A stretch of 64,000 nucleotides of DNA from Candidatus Poribacteria bacterium (lineage in GTDB: Bacteria > Poribacteria > WGA-4E > WGA-3G). Each line of letters starts with the position of its first letter. The first letter of the stretch is position 1. The position numbers were made by a program, and so were the translations under genes. The notes under the pieces were generated by a model. The model was not told where the DNA came from. It worked only from the letters and a program-made list of their open reading frames with translations, and did not search any database. The DNA lies in NCBI GenBank assembly GCA_963665235.2, contig CAXXLX010000001.1, forward strand, positions 2,656,001 to 2,720,000, given 5' to 3'. Positions 29,973 to 40,097 of the stretch are shown here, piece after piece.

Positions 29973-30968
29973 TTATCCGCCAATTCTTGACATATTCCGT
30001 TCCGGTTTTATAAAGTCGTTGGCATTAATCTTATGCCCCGCCTCTTTTTGTTCGATTGCATCGAGAATTAAGTCGACGATGGTGTCATCTTTTGCCCCCT
30101 CCCGTAGGGGTGTAAGCAGGTCGGTCTCGGTCAGTGAAAAGAGACAGGTCCGGAATTTGCCATCCGCTGTGAGGCGGACTCGGTTGCAATTTTCACAAAA
30201 CGGCTCGCTGACAGACGGTATTACGCCTACTTCGGCACCGTTATCCGCGAATCGGTAACGTTGCGCGGTATCGCTCTTAGCATCGCCGTTGAGGACTACT
30301 CGCTCAAGCGGGTAAACGGAGCTAATTTTTTCTATAATCTCTTTTCCGGGGATGAACATGTTTCGTCCCCAGATATCATCGGCATCGAGGGGCATGAATT
30401 CTATGAACCGCAATTGATAGCTATTTTCGCGCGCGAAAGTAGCTAAATCGACGATTTCATCGTCGGTAAACCCGCGCATGGCGACTGCGTTGACTTTAAT
30501 CGGGTTGAACCCACATTCGTGAGCAGTTTTAAGGCCTTCAAGGACACGGGCGAGGACTTTGCGCCGGGTCATCTGCTCAAATTTCTCCTCGTTGAGCGTG
30601 TCAAGACTGACATTAATGCGTCGCAGTCCAGCAGCGTAAAGTGCTTTCGCTTGCGAAACTAGGCCGATGCCGTTGGTTGTTAAACTAATGTCCTTCAACC
30701 CGTTTATTTGTGAAAGTTGCTCGATGAGTTGCGGCACGCCCGGCCGGACGAGCGGTTCGCCCCCGGTGATACGAAGTTTGCTAACGCCTAACCCGACGAA
30801 GATATGTGTGAACCGCAGAATCTCGTTGAACGTCATCAGTGCAGCATCCGGCATGAATACCATATCTTCAGGCATACAGTAGATACACCGAAAGTTACAC
30901 ACATCTGTGACAGATATTCTAAGGTTTGTATGGACACGGCCAAAACGGTCGAGTAGTTGTTGTTTCAT
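29973..30968 (-). CDS. moaA: GTP 3',8-cyclase MoaA
   Basis: CNFRCIYC, FCENCNRVRLT..CL, C-terminal IGG. Confidence 0.95.
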   Translation of the reverse strand: MKQQLLDRFGRVHTNLRISVTDVCNFRCIYCMPEDMVFMPDAALMTFNEILRFTHIFVGLGVSKLRITGGEPLVRPGVPQLIEQLSQINGLKDISLTTNGIGLVSQAKALYAAGLRRINVSLDTLNEEKFEQMTRRKVLARVLEGLKTAHECGFNPIKVNAVAMRGFTDDEIVDLATFARENSYQLRFIEFMPLDADDIWGRNMFIPGKEIIEKISSVYPLERVVLNGDAKSDTAQRYRFADNGAEVGVIPSVSEPFCENCNRVRLTADGKFRTCLFSLTETDLLTPLREGAKDDTIVDLILDAIEQKEAGHKINANDFIKPERNMSRIGG

Positions 30969-31182
30969 ATTTTTTTAATTAATGGTGGTGCGGCTTATTT
31001 TTATCTGTTTTAGTCTGTTCAATTAATAGTATACCATATTTTTATCTCGTTTGCAAGTTTTTTATAGTAAAAGCTTTAAAAAAGATTTTGGGAGAGGATG
31101 TTTAGTGTAAATATCGTGGAAAAAGGTTTGCGCAAGGGTAGGTAATAGGAAACGCCAGCAGCGAAGATACGGACTGCTGGCA

Positions 31183-32187
31183 TCAATCCACTTGCTTGAT
31201 ATGCCCCCATTGGATAGCGAGCTTGTCCAACGGGAACACACTTAGAAAACCCGGAGACCAATGCGGATGGTAGTCCCCCTTCGGATGTTTCGTTAGGTTT
31301 GTTAGCTTACGACTATCCAGTCTATACCGATAGATTTCATAATTCGCGCCCGGCGTGCTAAGGTCAGCTTTCATAGATAAAAGGACTGTCCGGTCGTCAC
31401 CCATCCAACACTGTGTAGCGATGAGTGCGTCGTTCCCGAAATGGTGTTCCTCACGATGTCCTGTAAATACGTTCTGAACGATGAGACGCACAGCAATGAT
31501 ACTCCAATCCCCATTCCCCTTCCGTTCTGTTTCGCGATACATGATATACGTGCCTGATGGAGACCAGCTGGGGCCCCCTAAAAAGAAGTTGTGAGGTTTT
31601 CGGGGGCTGAACCGTTCTTTCCTTGTGCCATCCGCTTTCATAATCCAAATGTTTTCGCCATTCTTCCCCTCGTATTCATAAGCAAGCTGATTGCCTGATG
31701 GAGAGTAGTCCAGCCGGTGAACCCATCCTTTCCCAATATTGTCTGTCAGTTGGCGCAGGTTTGTGCCATCTAAGTCCATCACATAGATATCCGCCTCGCC
31801 GGAACGATAACTCTTAAAGGCAATCTGTTTGCCATTTGGCGACACAACAGGGTGGCTATCTGTCGGATGGGTGTTCGGCACCTGGTCTGCCTCCGGAGCC
31901 CCTTTGACAGAGAGAATATAAAACTCGGAATCTTTGCCGATAGCTGCTCCTTTTGTTAGGTCTCGCACAAACAGGACCTGTTTACCATCCGGAAACCAGC
32001 GCGGATTCCTATCATAAAATTCGGAATGTGTGAGGCGATGAACGTTTCGGCCATTATCGTCCATCACATAGACATGGTAGGCTGTGTCACCCTCGCGTTT
32101 TGCCGTAAATACAATCTTGGCTTGTGCAAAAACAGAAAGAAAAGATAAAAGAAGGATGCCGATAAGAATACGTTGTCCGTATTTCAT
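31183..32187 (-). CDS. Secreted TolB-like beta-propeller protein with conserved C-terminal tail
   Basis: Signal peptide from ATG at 32187, SPNG/SPSG repeats, tail SVFPLDKLAIQWGHIK. Confidence 0.85.
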   Translation of the reverse strand: MKYGQRILIGILLLSFLSVFAQAKIVFTAKREGDTAYHVYVMDDNGRNVHRLTHSEFYDRNPRWFPDGKQVLFVRDLTKGAAIGKDSEFYILSVKGAPEADQVPNTHPTDSHPVVSPNGKQIAFKSYRSGEADIYVMDLDGTNLRQLTDNIGKGWVHRLDYSPSGNQLAYEYEGKNGENIWIMKADGTRKERFSPRKPHNFFLGGPSWSPSGTYIMYRETERKGNGDWSIIAVRLIVQNVFTGHREEHHFGNDALIATQCWMGDDRTVLLSMKADLSTPGANYEIYRYRLDSRKLTNLTKHPKGDYHPHWSPGFLSVFPLDKLAIQWGHIKQVD

Positions 32188-32332
32188 GAGAAAATCCCCT
32201 TTGCGACACACAGGTACCCCCTTACTCCCCCGCAGTCGGAGGACTAGCGGGATACCAACGTGCGGTAAGACTGAAGCTGTCAGGAGGGAGGCGAAGGTAG
32301 ACTCCATAGCTCAAGTCTACCTTCCGAAAAGC

Positions 32333-32637
32333 TTAGTCATTTCGCGGCTTTGTTAGGTCCTGATACCCTTCTGCTTCGAATTTATCTTGTGTCGCCCATC
32401 CAACGTCGAACGACACTGCCACCGTGGTCAGGGCTTCCACTCGGAACACATCATCTTCGTGCCATGCCCAATTTTTCAACCCATCATAAGCCTTAGCCTG
32501 TTGACACCAAGATAGGTGCCGGTAGTTTCGAAAATAAACAGGGACCCCAAACGTCAAAGAGGGGCACTCAACAACAAACGCAGCGGGTTAACATAGTAGG
32601 GACCTATCAGGCTGAGTTTGTTGTTTAATCGTAACAT
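32333..32637 (-). pseudogene. Probable decayed remnant of an upstream gene
   Basis: Short broken frames in the position where the 11-13 kb module has a secreted protein. Confidence 0.3.
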
Positions 32638-32853
32638 CTTTATTCATTCTAAAATAAAGAGATAAAAAAGTCAAGAAAAAATACCTTTTTATACAAGGTG
32701 ATTTGGTTTTCCATATTTTCGATCATTTTTCAAGGCGATCTCTTCATAGTATTCAGGCAAACAGTCCGCTCCTTAAGGACGCTATGTTTTATAGAAGCAC
32801 AGGCCAACACACCTTGTGTCGGAAACTTTACACACCCTCTGGCAATTTTGTAG

Positions 32854-32882
32854 TTGACATAAATGCGTTTTTGATGTACAAT
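32854..32882 (+). promoter_or_regulatory. sigma70-type promoter
   Basis: TTGACA-17 nt-TACAAT. Confidence 0.6.
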
Positions 32883-32917
32883 TGCCTCTATATTATGAAA
32901 AATAGGGAGAAAATACG

Positions 32918-33286
32918 ATGGCTGAAAAAGTATTTCACGTCGGAGGCGTTGAGCTCCGGGTAGATCACCGCAATTTTAGTGCGGATGGTGGCCCCTCGGT
33001 GCAGGTTTATGGCGAAGCGGATGGCGAGAACGTCCAGCTGCTACGTTTCGACTGCTTTCGCAAAAACCCACACTATCATTATGATCCGGCCGGTAAAAAT
33101 GATCATCGGAATCTTGATAAGGCGAGTGTGCCGGACTCGGTCGCGTGGACAATTGAACAACTATCGCAGAATCTTGTAGAGATGATTCGGACCGCAGGTT
33201 ATGCTGGTATCGCTGAACAGGTCGACCAAGCGGCGGTGGCACAAGTCCTGCCCGAATTAGAATCGCTTATGCGGGGCAATGCTTAA
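32918..33286 (+). CDS. Conserved hypothetical protein (LLRFDCF..PHYHY motif)
   Basis: GGAG RBS, promoter, natural amino-acid composition. Confidence 0.8.
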   Translation: MAEKVFHVGGVELRVDHRNFSADGGPSVQVYGEADGENVQLLRFDCFRKNPHYHYDPAGKNDHRNLDKASVPDSVAWTIEQLSQNLVEMIRTAGYAGIAEQVDQAAVAQVLPELESLMRGNA

Positions 33287-33328
33287 TCATTAGCGCGCGT
33301 TTTTAAAGCGCGCAAAGGAGGAATTAAC

Positions 33329-34009
33329 GTGAATAGATGTATCGTTGTTATTGCTGTATTCATACTGACCACATTCATGGGATTTAGCACCTTTGCTGGT
33401 ACCGTCCAAGATTTAGGAAAATGGAAGAAGGGTGAGCTGCTCCTTGAAAACTATAGTTTTGAAGAGGATTTAGCTGCCTGGGAATTAGAGGATGGTGCAT
33501 GTTGTGACCGGGGCGGGTTGTATACAATGGAAATTGATAACAAAAACGCGCAGCACGGGAAGAAAAGTCTTAAAGTCATCGGTCATAAAGAGACCGGCAC
33601 GGCTTGGCATGCAAAGGTTAAACAGAAGGATGTCTCCATGAAGAAGGGAGAGGAGTACACCCTGATTTTCTGGGCGCGCTCGGAAGAACCGCGCGAGGTG
33701 GTTGTAAGCGTTCAGATGCAACACGAACCGTGGCAGAACTATCTTCAAGGGTTGCCGCGGCCCGCGATTAATTTCACGGGTGATGAGTGGGCAGAATATC
33801 ACTATACCTTCACGGCATCGACAGATGTTGTGCGAGACATGTGGATCGGTTTATCCATTGCACAATCGGATGTGGATTTCTGGTTGGATAACTTCCGCTT
33901 CTTTGAAGGACAACCGACAGATGATTTGACGCGCGAGGAGCCGTTTCCTGTTGATGCGAAAGAAAAATTGGCGACGCAATGGGCGCATATTAAAACGGCA
34001 CGTTTTTAA
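33329..34009 (+). CDS. Secreted CBM4/9-like carbohydrate-binding protein with C-terminal tail
   Basis: Signal peptide, LLENYSFEE, YTLIFWARS, FWLDNF; tail PVDAKEKLATQWAHIK. Confidence 0.85.
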   Translation: MNRCIVVIAVFILTTFMGFSTFAGTVQDLGKWKKGELLLENYSFEEDLAAWELEDGACCDRGGLYTMEIDNKNAQHGKKSLKVIGHKETGTAWHAKVKQKDVSMKKGEEYTLIFWARSEEPREVVVSVQMQHEPWQNYLQGLPRPAINFTGDEWAEYHYTFTASTDVVRDMWIGLSIAQSDVDFWLDNFRFFEGQPTDDLTREEPFPVDAKEKLATQWAHIKTARF

Positions 34010-34135
34010 TTGGCGATTGGCGATTGGCGATTGGCGATTAGCAAGAGGAAGAGGGATGTGACGCGCGTCAGAACGCTGACTATAATTCAGAACGCTTGCC
34101 AAATGCTTCTTTGCCAACTGCTATGAGCCAAATTG
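34008..34135. repeat. Heptamer-flanked dispersed repeat
   Basis: AATTGGCGATTGGCGATTGGCGATTGGCGATTAGCAAGAGG...TGACGCGCG. Confidence 0.75.
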
Positions 34136-35386
34136 CTATTCCAAATTCGCTGGGACGGGCTCTGTTTCCAATTTGCTGTGATAGGCAATAAGGATGGCAA
34201 CCGCGATGCACGTGCCGGCAATGCCTATGGGTGCAAAATTTCCAACGCGGTCTACTAACCACCCGAGCAGCGGTGCCAGGATTATCGTGGCTAAAGATTT
34301 GGATTGTCCTTCAATGGATAAAATTGTTGCACTCATTTCAGGGGTGGATTGCGCGTTGAAACGACTTATCAAACCGGGCCGCCAGAAATTCTGGAGGATT
34401 GCCAGACCGACGAAAAGCACAATTATCGCAGCATACCATTTAAACCATAGGACCGGAATCAGCAGGGCAAAAAGCAGCAGATCTATCCACCACATAAATT
34501 GCGCAGCCCCTTCGTCACCATCCCGCCACTCTGAAACACGGTGCGAATTGCGTGAGGCAAAAGAGGATAGAAAATAGAGCACAAAATAGACCCCCGCGAC
34601 AAGCAACGCGGACCGTTTCGATGCATCCAACGTTAGAAGAATAGGTAAGGCGAGGGCTGTCTGCTTAAGTACAGGTTGAAGATAATCTTTGCTCGCTTTA
34701 TACATCCCCTCAAATCCCATGCCTTCGAAAACGAGACGACGGAGAGGCGGAAATTGCACCGCCTGTTTCAAAGCGTTGCCGAGCAGACGTGTAACCGCTT
34801 TAAGTGAAAATTGACTCTGTCTATCCCCATCCAACTCAGCGGGATAACCGAGAAAGTTAACGATGTTCAGAAGATACGGAATGATTGAAAACCAGAAGAT
34901 GTCTGTAAAATTGCCGGTGTAAAATACCAGGGCCCCCGCAATAAGAACGGAAACCGCAGACCCCATCTGTGACCAGGAACGGGTAAAACCGTATATCTTT
35001 GTTTTCTCGTCTGACCTACCTTGCAAACGAAGCCAGTCGAAAATCATCGCTTTGTGTGTGCCGGTGCGAAAGGCATCGCCTAAACCGAAGAGAAACATGG
35101 CACCGAAAAGCAGTACGAGCGATTCGCTTACGGCAAACGTCGCGAAGGAGGCGATATAGGCGCAGAACGAAAAGATCATCGCGCGTCTACGCCCATAAAG
35201 GTCAGCGACTGCACCGGAGGGAATTTCAAAGAGGTTCGTGCAAATCTCCCGAAATCCGATCAGGATGCCAATCTGGAAGAAAGATAAACCTTTCTCAAGG
35301 AACGCGAGTATCAGAAATGGGTCATAGTACCGCTGATTTTTTAAGAATCCGTAGAGCGAAAAACGGAAAAGCATTGGAATTCGCAT
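34136..35386 (-). CDS. MFS transporter
   Basis: FEIPSGAVADLYGRRR (MFS motif A), about 12 TM segments. Confidence 0.9.
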   Translation of the reverse strand: MRIPMLFRFSLYGFLKNQRYYDPFLILAFLEKGLSFFQIGILIGFREICTNLFEIPSGAVADLYGRRRAMIFSFCAYIASFATFAVSESLVLLFGAMFLFGLGDAFRTGTHKAMIFDWLRLQGRSDEKTKIYGFTRSWSQMGSAVSVLIAGALVFYTGNFTDIFWFSIIPYLLNIVNFLGYPAELDGDRQSQFSLKAVTRLLGNALKQAVQFPPLRRLVFEGMGFEGMYKASKDYLQPVLKQTALALPILLTLDASKRSALLVAGVYFVLYFLSSFASRNSHRVSEWRDGDEGAAQFMWWIDLLLFALLIPVLWFKWYAAIIVLFVGLAILQNFWRPGLISRFNAQSTPEMSATILSIEGQSKSLATIILAPLLGWLVDRVGNFAPIGIAGTCIAVAILIAYHSKLETEPVPANLE

Positions 35387-35435
35387 AGATACGACGGGGG
35401 GTCTACCTAAACGCTAAGTTGACACTTAGAAAGTC

Positions 35436-35915
35436 TCACTGTTTTTCCCAGACGTGCACGTCATAGTTTGGTGAATCAAAAGGATATTGAGCGTAGTTTG
35501 GTGTAGGTGCGCCGCTATCATCTAGTGTGAAAATAAGATGAAGTTGATTCGGAGACACACTTGTGTCCACACGTTCAAGGAACTGCAATTGGACATCATC
35601 GGCGGTTGTTATTTTCACCTTTGTCCAGAGGATGCCCTCCCCATCTGTATAGTTCCCCTCTGAGGTCTGTGCTTTATGCTGCGGTTCCGGAGGTAAGACG
35701 AAAGTTGTCCCAACCGTAAATGGCGAATCTGGGTGCGTCGTTGACATGACTAGCCATGTTGGCACCTCAACGCCGTTCTGGTCAACAACCCAAACGTGGT
35801 CGCGTTGTGGCATCGGGTCAAGCACGTCAGGCATACGTTCACATCCGGGTAACCCAATTATCAACGTGGTAATTGTTAATACAAATATAAATTTAGCTGT
35901 TTTTTCTATGTTCAT
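35436..35915 (-). CDS. Hypothetical lipoprotein
   Basis: Lipobox LPGC after a hydrophobic stretch; AGGA RBS; TTGACA/TATAAT promoter at ~35955-35982. Confidence 0.75.
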   Translation of the reverse strand: MNIEKTAKFIFVLTITTLIIGLPGCERMPDVLDPMPQRDHVWVVDQNGVEVPTWLVMSTTHPDSPFTVGTTFVLPPEPQHKAQTSEGNYTDGEGILWTKVKITTADDVQLQFLERVDTSVSPNQLHLIFTLDDSGAPTPNYAQYPFDSPNYDVHVWEKQ

Positions 35916-36232
35916 GTTGAATTCCTTTGAAAAAATTAGTATAACAAAATCTAATTATACCAGATTCCTTGTGGTTTGTCAAATTTTAATCGGATGTGTC
36001 TTTTTTGATTTTTCCTTGACTATATGTTTTTAAATGTGTTATAATTTTCACTTGATACGATGCAGTGTGGTTGAGAGGGATTTCCACCATTTTTGCATCA
36101 CTATTAGATAAAACTCTCGATTTTTGACAGGCTGTCTGCCGATGCGGCAGCCAACAACATTCTCTATATTAAGATTAAGGAGGCGGGCTTTCACCCTACG
36201 TGTCAGTGGGGATTTCCAGCCCGAAAATTTTA

Positions 36233-39226
36233 ATGAAACGATTGAGCCAATTGAGTTTTCTCTTATTCGCTTTATTCGTTATTTTAGGTACCGCTACGGT
36301 GTCGGTACAAGCCGCTACTTTGAACGTCACGGTGACGGATGCCGAAACCGGCAATAAATTAGACGGTGTCTCTATTACTGTTACCCCCGCGACAGGTAAT
36401 GTTGCTACAGGCCTTAGCGATGCAGACGGTGCAGCAGGCTTTACCGGTTTAGCAGCAGGTGACTACACAATTACTGCATTTTTACAAGGTTATAGCAGAA
36501 AGGTAACAAACATCACGCTTACTACAGATGTAACCGAGTCGCTAGAGATTTCGCTATCTTCAGGCATTATTGAACTGGACCAGGTTTCCGTTACGGCATC
36601 TCGTCGGCGGGAAAAAGTACTTGAAGCCCCGGCATCGGTTGCGATTGTGAGCGATTCGGAAATGATAGACCGGGTCGCGCCGAGTGTTACGGAACACTTA
36701 AAATCTGTGCGTGCGGTGGATGTGGTAACCTCTGGGTTGGGTTCATCGTATGTTGTTGTGCGTGGTTTCAACAACGTATTTACTGGAACCCTTCTATCGC
36801 TTGTTGACAATCGTATTGCGAGTGTGCCATCGCTGCGTGCCAACGTCTACGCACTTATCCCGACTGTAAACGAAGATATTGAACAGATTGAGGTTGTGTC
36901 AGGGCCGGGGGCGGCACTGTACGGGCCAAATAGTGCTGATGGTGTTGTGCACATTCTCACGCGGTCGCCTTTCAATTCTCAAGGTACAACAGTTAGCCTT
37001 GGCGGCGGTGAGCGGAGTCTCTTTATGGGTTCGGTTCGGCACGCTGGTGTTATCAATGAAACGCTCGGTTATAAATTGTCAGCGAATTATACCCGCGGAA
37101 ACGATTGGGAAGAGGGCCGATTGGAAGATGACATCAAAAACGTAGCTGATACCGAAAAAGATTCGTTATTCGATATCCAATCAGCTCGGGGCGAATTTCG
37201 CGTCGATTATAAGCCGAATGTAGATACGACCTTAATTCTTGCAAGCGGTCTAACCCAAATCACCGGCATTGAACTGACAGCACTCGGTGCTGGTAAGGCA
37301 GATGGTTGGACTTACGGTTACGCTCAAGCACGTTTCATTCACAAAGACTTCTTCGCGCAAGCTTTTTGGAACCGAAGTGATGCCCGCGATACCTATCTAC
37401 TACAAACAGAGGAGAAGATCGTTGACAATTCTGACCTATATGTAGGACAGATTCAGCACAGTTACGGTTTTGGCGATGTGCAACGATTTACTTATGGGCT
37501 GGATGCATTGCTAACGCGTCCCGATACAGGTGGTACAATTAATGGGAAAAATGAAGAGGAAGACAATATAAACGAGATAGGTGTGTATTTACAATCAGAA
37601 ACCAATATCCTGCCGCAGCTGAAGCTGCTTGCTGCGGGCAGAGTTGATAATCACAACCAACTCAACGATATTGTCCTGTCCCCTCGGGTTGCCCTGGCGT
37701 TCCAGCCAACCGATACCCATAACCTGCGGGTAACCTATAACCGTGCTTTCAGCACCCCGGGAACTTCAAATCTATTCTTGGATATCCTGTCGGCTAAAGA
37801 CCCGTTTGGGGTGGGTGCCAATTTTAAAACGGAATCAGGTATCAACATACGGGGACAGGGTGTTTCACCTGAGAGCGGATTCACCTTCAGAAGAAGTGAA
37901 AATGGGCTTCCGCTGTTTCGTTCTTACCTTTCAAAAGACTTTGCGGGACTTGAAGCTGCCGAGTACATTCCACTTCACGACCCAACGTTTACCAATGTTA
38001 TGTGGGGTGTTGGACGCGCAGCGGTGCTAGGCACTTTTAAGGCATCTTTGAGCGAGCAGATTACCGCCGAAACGTTACCTGCGCTCCTTTTACAGCAGTC
38101 CCCGGAGGCAATCCAAGAAATAGTAGCAGGGCTGCCGGCAAGCGTGCTTCAACTTCTCCCTGCTAATTTACAGCAACCTGGGGCAATTGCCACATTGACC
38201 ACGGAAGAACTTCAACAGTTAATTCCACAAGTGCTACAAGGTTTACCAGAGCCTGTCTTAGCTGGACTTGCATCGACTATGGTAACGGACATCTCCAATG
38301 GATTTGCCGGCGTCGTTCCGGAGCAGGTCATTGGGTTGAAAAACGTCTTACGCTCGTTTGATCCGGAAACAAGCGGATTTATTGATGTTGAAGATGTAAT
38401 GGATGTTGAACCGCTTGAGCCAACCATTACGCAGACGTATGAAGCCGGTTATAAAGGCATTCTGATGAAGCGGTTAGCTTTCTCGGTAGATGTTTACCAC
38501 TCCAGAATTAACAATTTTATTAGTCCGTTGTTCGTTGAGACCCCGAATGTGTTTTTAGACGCAGCGTCAATAGGGGAAACCTTTGGTGCGCAGCTTACAG
38601 CAGCATTAGAGGAGCCGCAAAACGCAATGCTTAAGCAATCACTGCTTACCTTGGATAGTCCGGAAGCAGGAGGGAACGGGAACGGTTCACCGGTTGATGA
38701 GCTGATAAAAACGTTCGCTTCTATTCCGTTCGGTACAGTGACCCCGGAACAAGCCGTCGATCCGAACGCGGTCATGCTTACTTATCGGAACTTTGGGGAC
38801 CTTTCGATTAACGGTGCGGACCTGAGTTTGACGCTTTTCATCAGGCCGGATTTGAGTGTAGGTGTGAATTATTCGTTTGTCAGTGAAGATTTCTTTGAAG
38901 ATGTTGATGACGTTGCTGATATTTCCCTGAACGCGCCTAAGAATAAGTTCGGTGCGAATATTCAATATGCAAGTGCTGAGCATGGGTTAGGCTTAGGGCT
39001 CCGCGCGCGTTACGTGCAAGGGTTTCCAGTCAAATCGGGAATTTACATCGGTGATGTCGACTCCTACTTTATACTTGATTTGAACGCGGGTTACGCTATT
39101 CCATTTGCTACCGAACCGCGCATATCGTTGACTGTTCAAAATCTACTGAATCATAAACATCAGCAATTTTTCGGTACACCGGAAATTGGCAGATTGGCAA
39201 TGGTCCGCTTGACGCAAACTTTCTAG
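36233..39226 (+). CDS. TonB-dependent receptor with N-terminal carboxypeptidase-regulatory-like domain
   Basis: Signal peptide, VSVTASRR, plug IEQIEVVSGPGAALYG, VQNLLN, C-terminal Phe. Confidence 0.92.
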   Translation: MKRLSQLSFLLFALFVILGTATVSVQAATLNVTVTDAETGNKLDGVSITVTPATGNVATGLSDADGAAGFTGLAAGDYTITAFLQGYSRKVTNITLTTDVTESLEISLSSGIIELDQVSVTASRRREKVLEAPASVAIVSDSEMIDRVAPSVTEHLKSVRAVDVVTSGLGSSYVVVRGFNNVFTGTLLSLVDNRIASVPSLRANVYALIPTVNEDIEQIEVVSGPGAALYGPNSADGVVHILTRSPFNSQGTTVSLGGGERSLFMGSVRHAGVINETLGYKLSANYTRGNDWEEGRLEDDIKNVADTEKDSLFDIQSARGEFRVDYKPNVDTTLILASGLTQITGIELTALGAGKADGWTYGYAQARFIHKDFFAQAFWNRSDARDTYLLQTEEKIVDNSDLYVGQIQHSYGFGDVQRFTYGLDALLTRPDTGGTINGKNEEEDNINEIGVYLQSETNILPQLKLLAAGRVDNHNQLNDIVLSPRVALAFQPTDTHNLRVTYNRAFSTPGTSNLFLDILSAKDPFGVGANFKTESGINIRGQGVSPESGFTFRRSENGLPLFRSYLSKDFAGLEAAEYIPLHDPTFTNVMWGVGRAAVLGTFKASLSEQITAETLPALLLQQSPEAIQEIVAGLPASVLQLLPANLQQPGAIATLTTEELQQLIPQVLQGLPEPVLAGLASTMVTDISNGFAGVVPEQVIGLKNVLRSFDPETSGFIDVEDVMDVEPLEPTITQTYEAGYKGILMKRLAFSVDVYHSRINNFISPLFVETPNVFLDAASIGETFGAQLTAALEEPQNAMLKQSLLTLDSPEAGGNGNGSPVDELIKTFASIPFGTVTPEQAVDPNAVMLTYRNFGDLSINGADLSLTLFIRPDLSVGVNYSFVSEDFFEDVDDVADISLNAPKNKFGANIQYASAEHGLGLGLRARYVQGFPVKSGIYIGDVDSYFILDLNAGYAIPFATEPRISLTVQNLLNHKHQQFFGTPEIGRLAMVRLTQTF

Positions 39227-39238
39227 CATTATGTAGTA

Positions 39239-39418
39239 TAGGACTTACGCAGCACGTTGATAAGTGCTTATGATAATGGGATCTAAGGAAACCTAGCGGG
39301 CGGGGGGACCCCGCCCCTACGAGGTTATGTGTTAAATTCCACACACTTCTTTCCCACCGGGGATTGTCAGAGACACCCCGCCCCTACGAGGTTATGTGTT
39401 AAATTTGCGTAAGTCTTG
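39239..39418. mobile_element. 180-bp MITE with 13-bp TIRs, 6-bp TSD (GTAGTA) and internal REPs
   Basis: gtagta[TAGGACTTACGCA...TGCGTAAGTCTTG]gtagta. Confidence 0.85.
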
Positions 39419-39501
39419 GTAGTAAATACCCTTCTGTAGGCGGGGTTTTCAAGCCCTGTCTATAGGGGTGTATTGCGTAAAATCTATAACGGTTGTCAGT
39501 T

Positions 39502-39987
39502 ATGCCGCGTAAAAACAAGATTCTTAACATTGGCGACACTGCTCCGCTGTTTACGCTTCCCTCTCATCGGCGGCAGCGGGTCTCCCTCATATCCTATCAA
39601 GAGGAACAACACGTCGTCTTGACATTCTTTCGGGGCACCTGGTGACCGAATAGCCGCCGCCAGTTGGCAGCGGTTCAGGAGCATGTTGACGATTACGCAG
39701 CACACAACGCCACACCCATCGCTATCGCTGGCCAGTGGCCCCGTGAACTGCGCGGATATGCCGAACGAAACGGTATCACCTATCCACTACTCGTTGACAA
39801 AGAACGGAGCGTCATTAAATCCTACGGCGTTTATCATTGGCTGAGTCTGGAGGCTTACAATATTGCCAGACCTGCAACGTTTATCATCGACAAAGTAGGT
39901 ATTATTCGGTATATGTATATCGGCTCACATCAATTTGACTTAGTTCAACAGACGGTATTGTTGGAAGTCTTGAAATCGGTTGACTGA
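39502..39987 (+). CDS. Peroxiredoxin-like (AhpC/TSA) selenoprotein, Sec at codon 48 (W-U-P-N-S)
   Basis: LNIGDTAPLFTLP...VVLTFFRGTW-TGA(39643)-PNSRRQL continues in frame into YPLLVD...ARPATFIIDKVGIIRY. Confidence 0.88.
39652..39675 (+). promoter_or_regulatory. Putative bacterial SECIS hairpin
   Basis: AGCCGC-C-GCC-AGTT-GGC-A-GCGGTT stem-loop just 3' of the in-frame TGA, with G in the apical loop. Confidence 0.65.
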
Positions 39988-40097
39988 CTTGTTGACTGCC
40001 AATTGAATTTGATTTGTTGCTATTTTTGTGATATACTATAAAAAAAATGAATTGAATTTAGGGTTTTCTGTGCTCTGTGCAATAGGGGACGGCAATT

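Noticed and set aside
36040-36232. Cobalamin riboswitch before the TonB receptor
   Set aside because: Hairpins are present, but there is no recognisable B12-box or GCCACTG motif.
39990-40097. FMN riboswitch before ribD
   Set aside because: Short AT-rich leader without the AGGGCGGGGTGAAATTCCC-type consensus.
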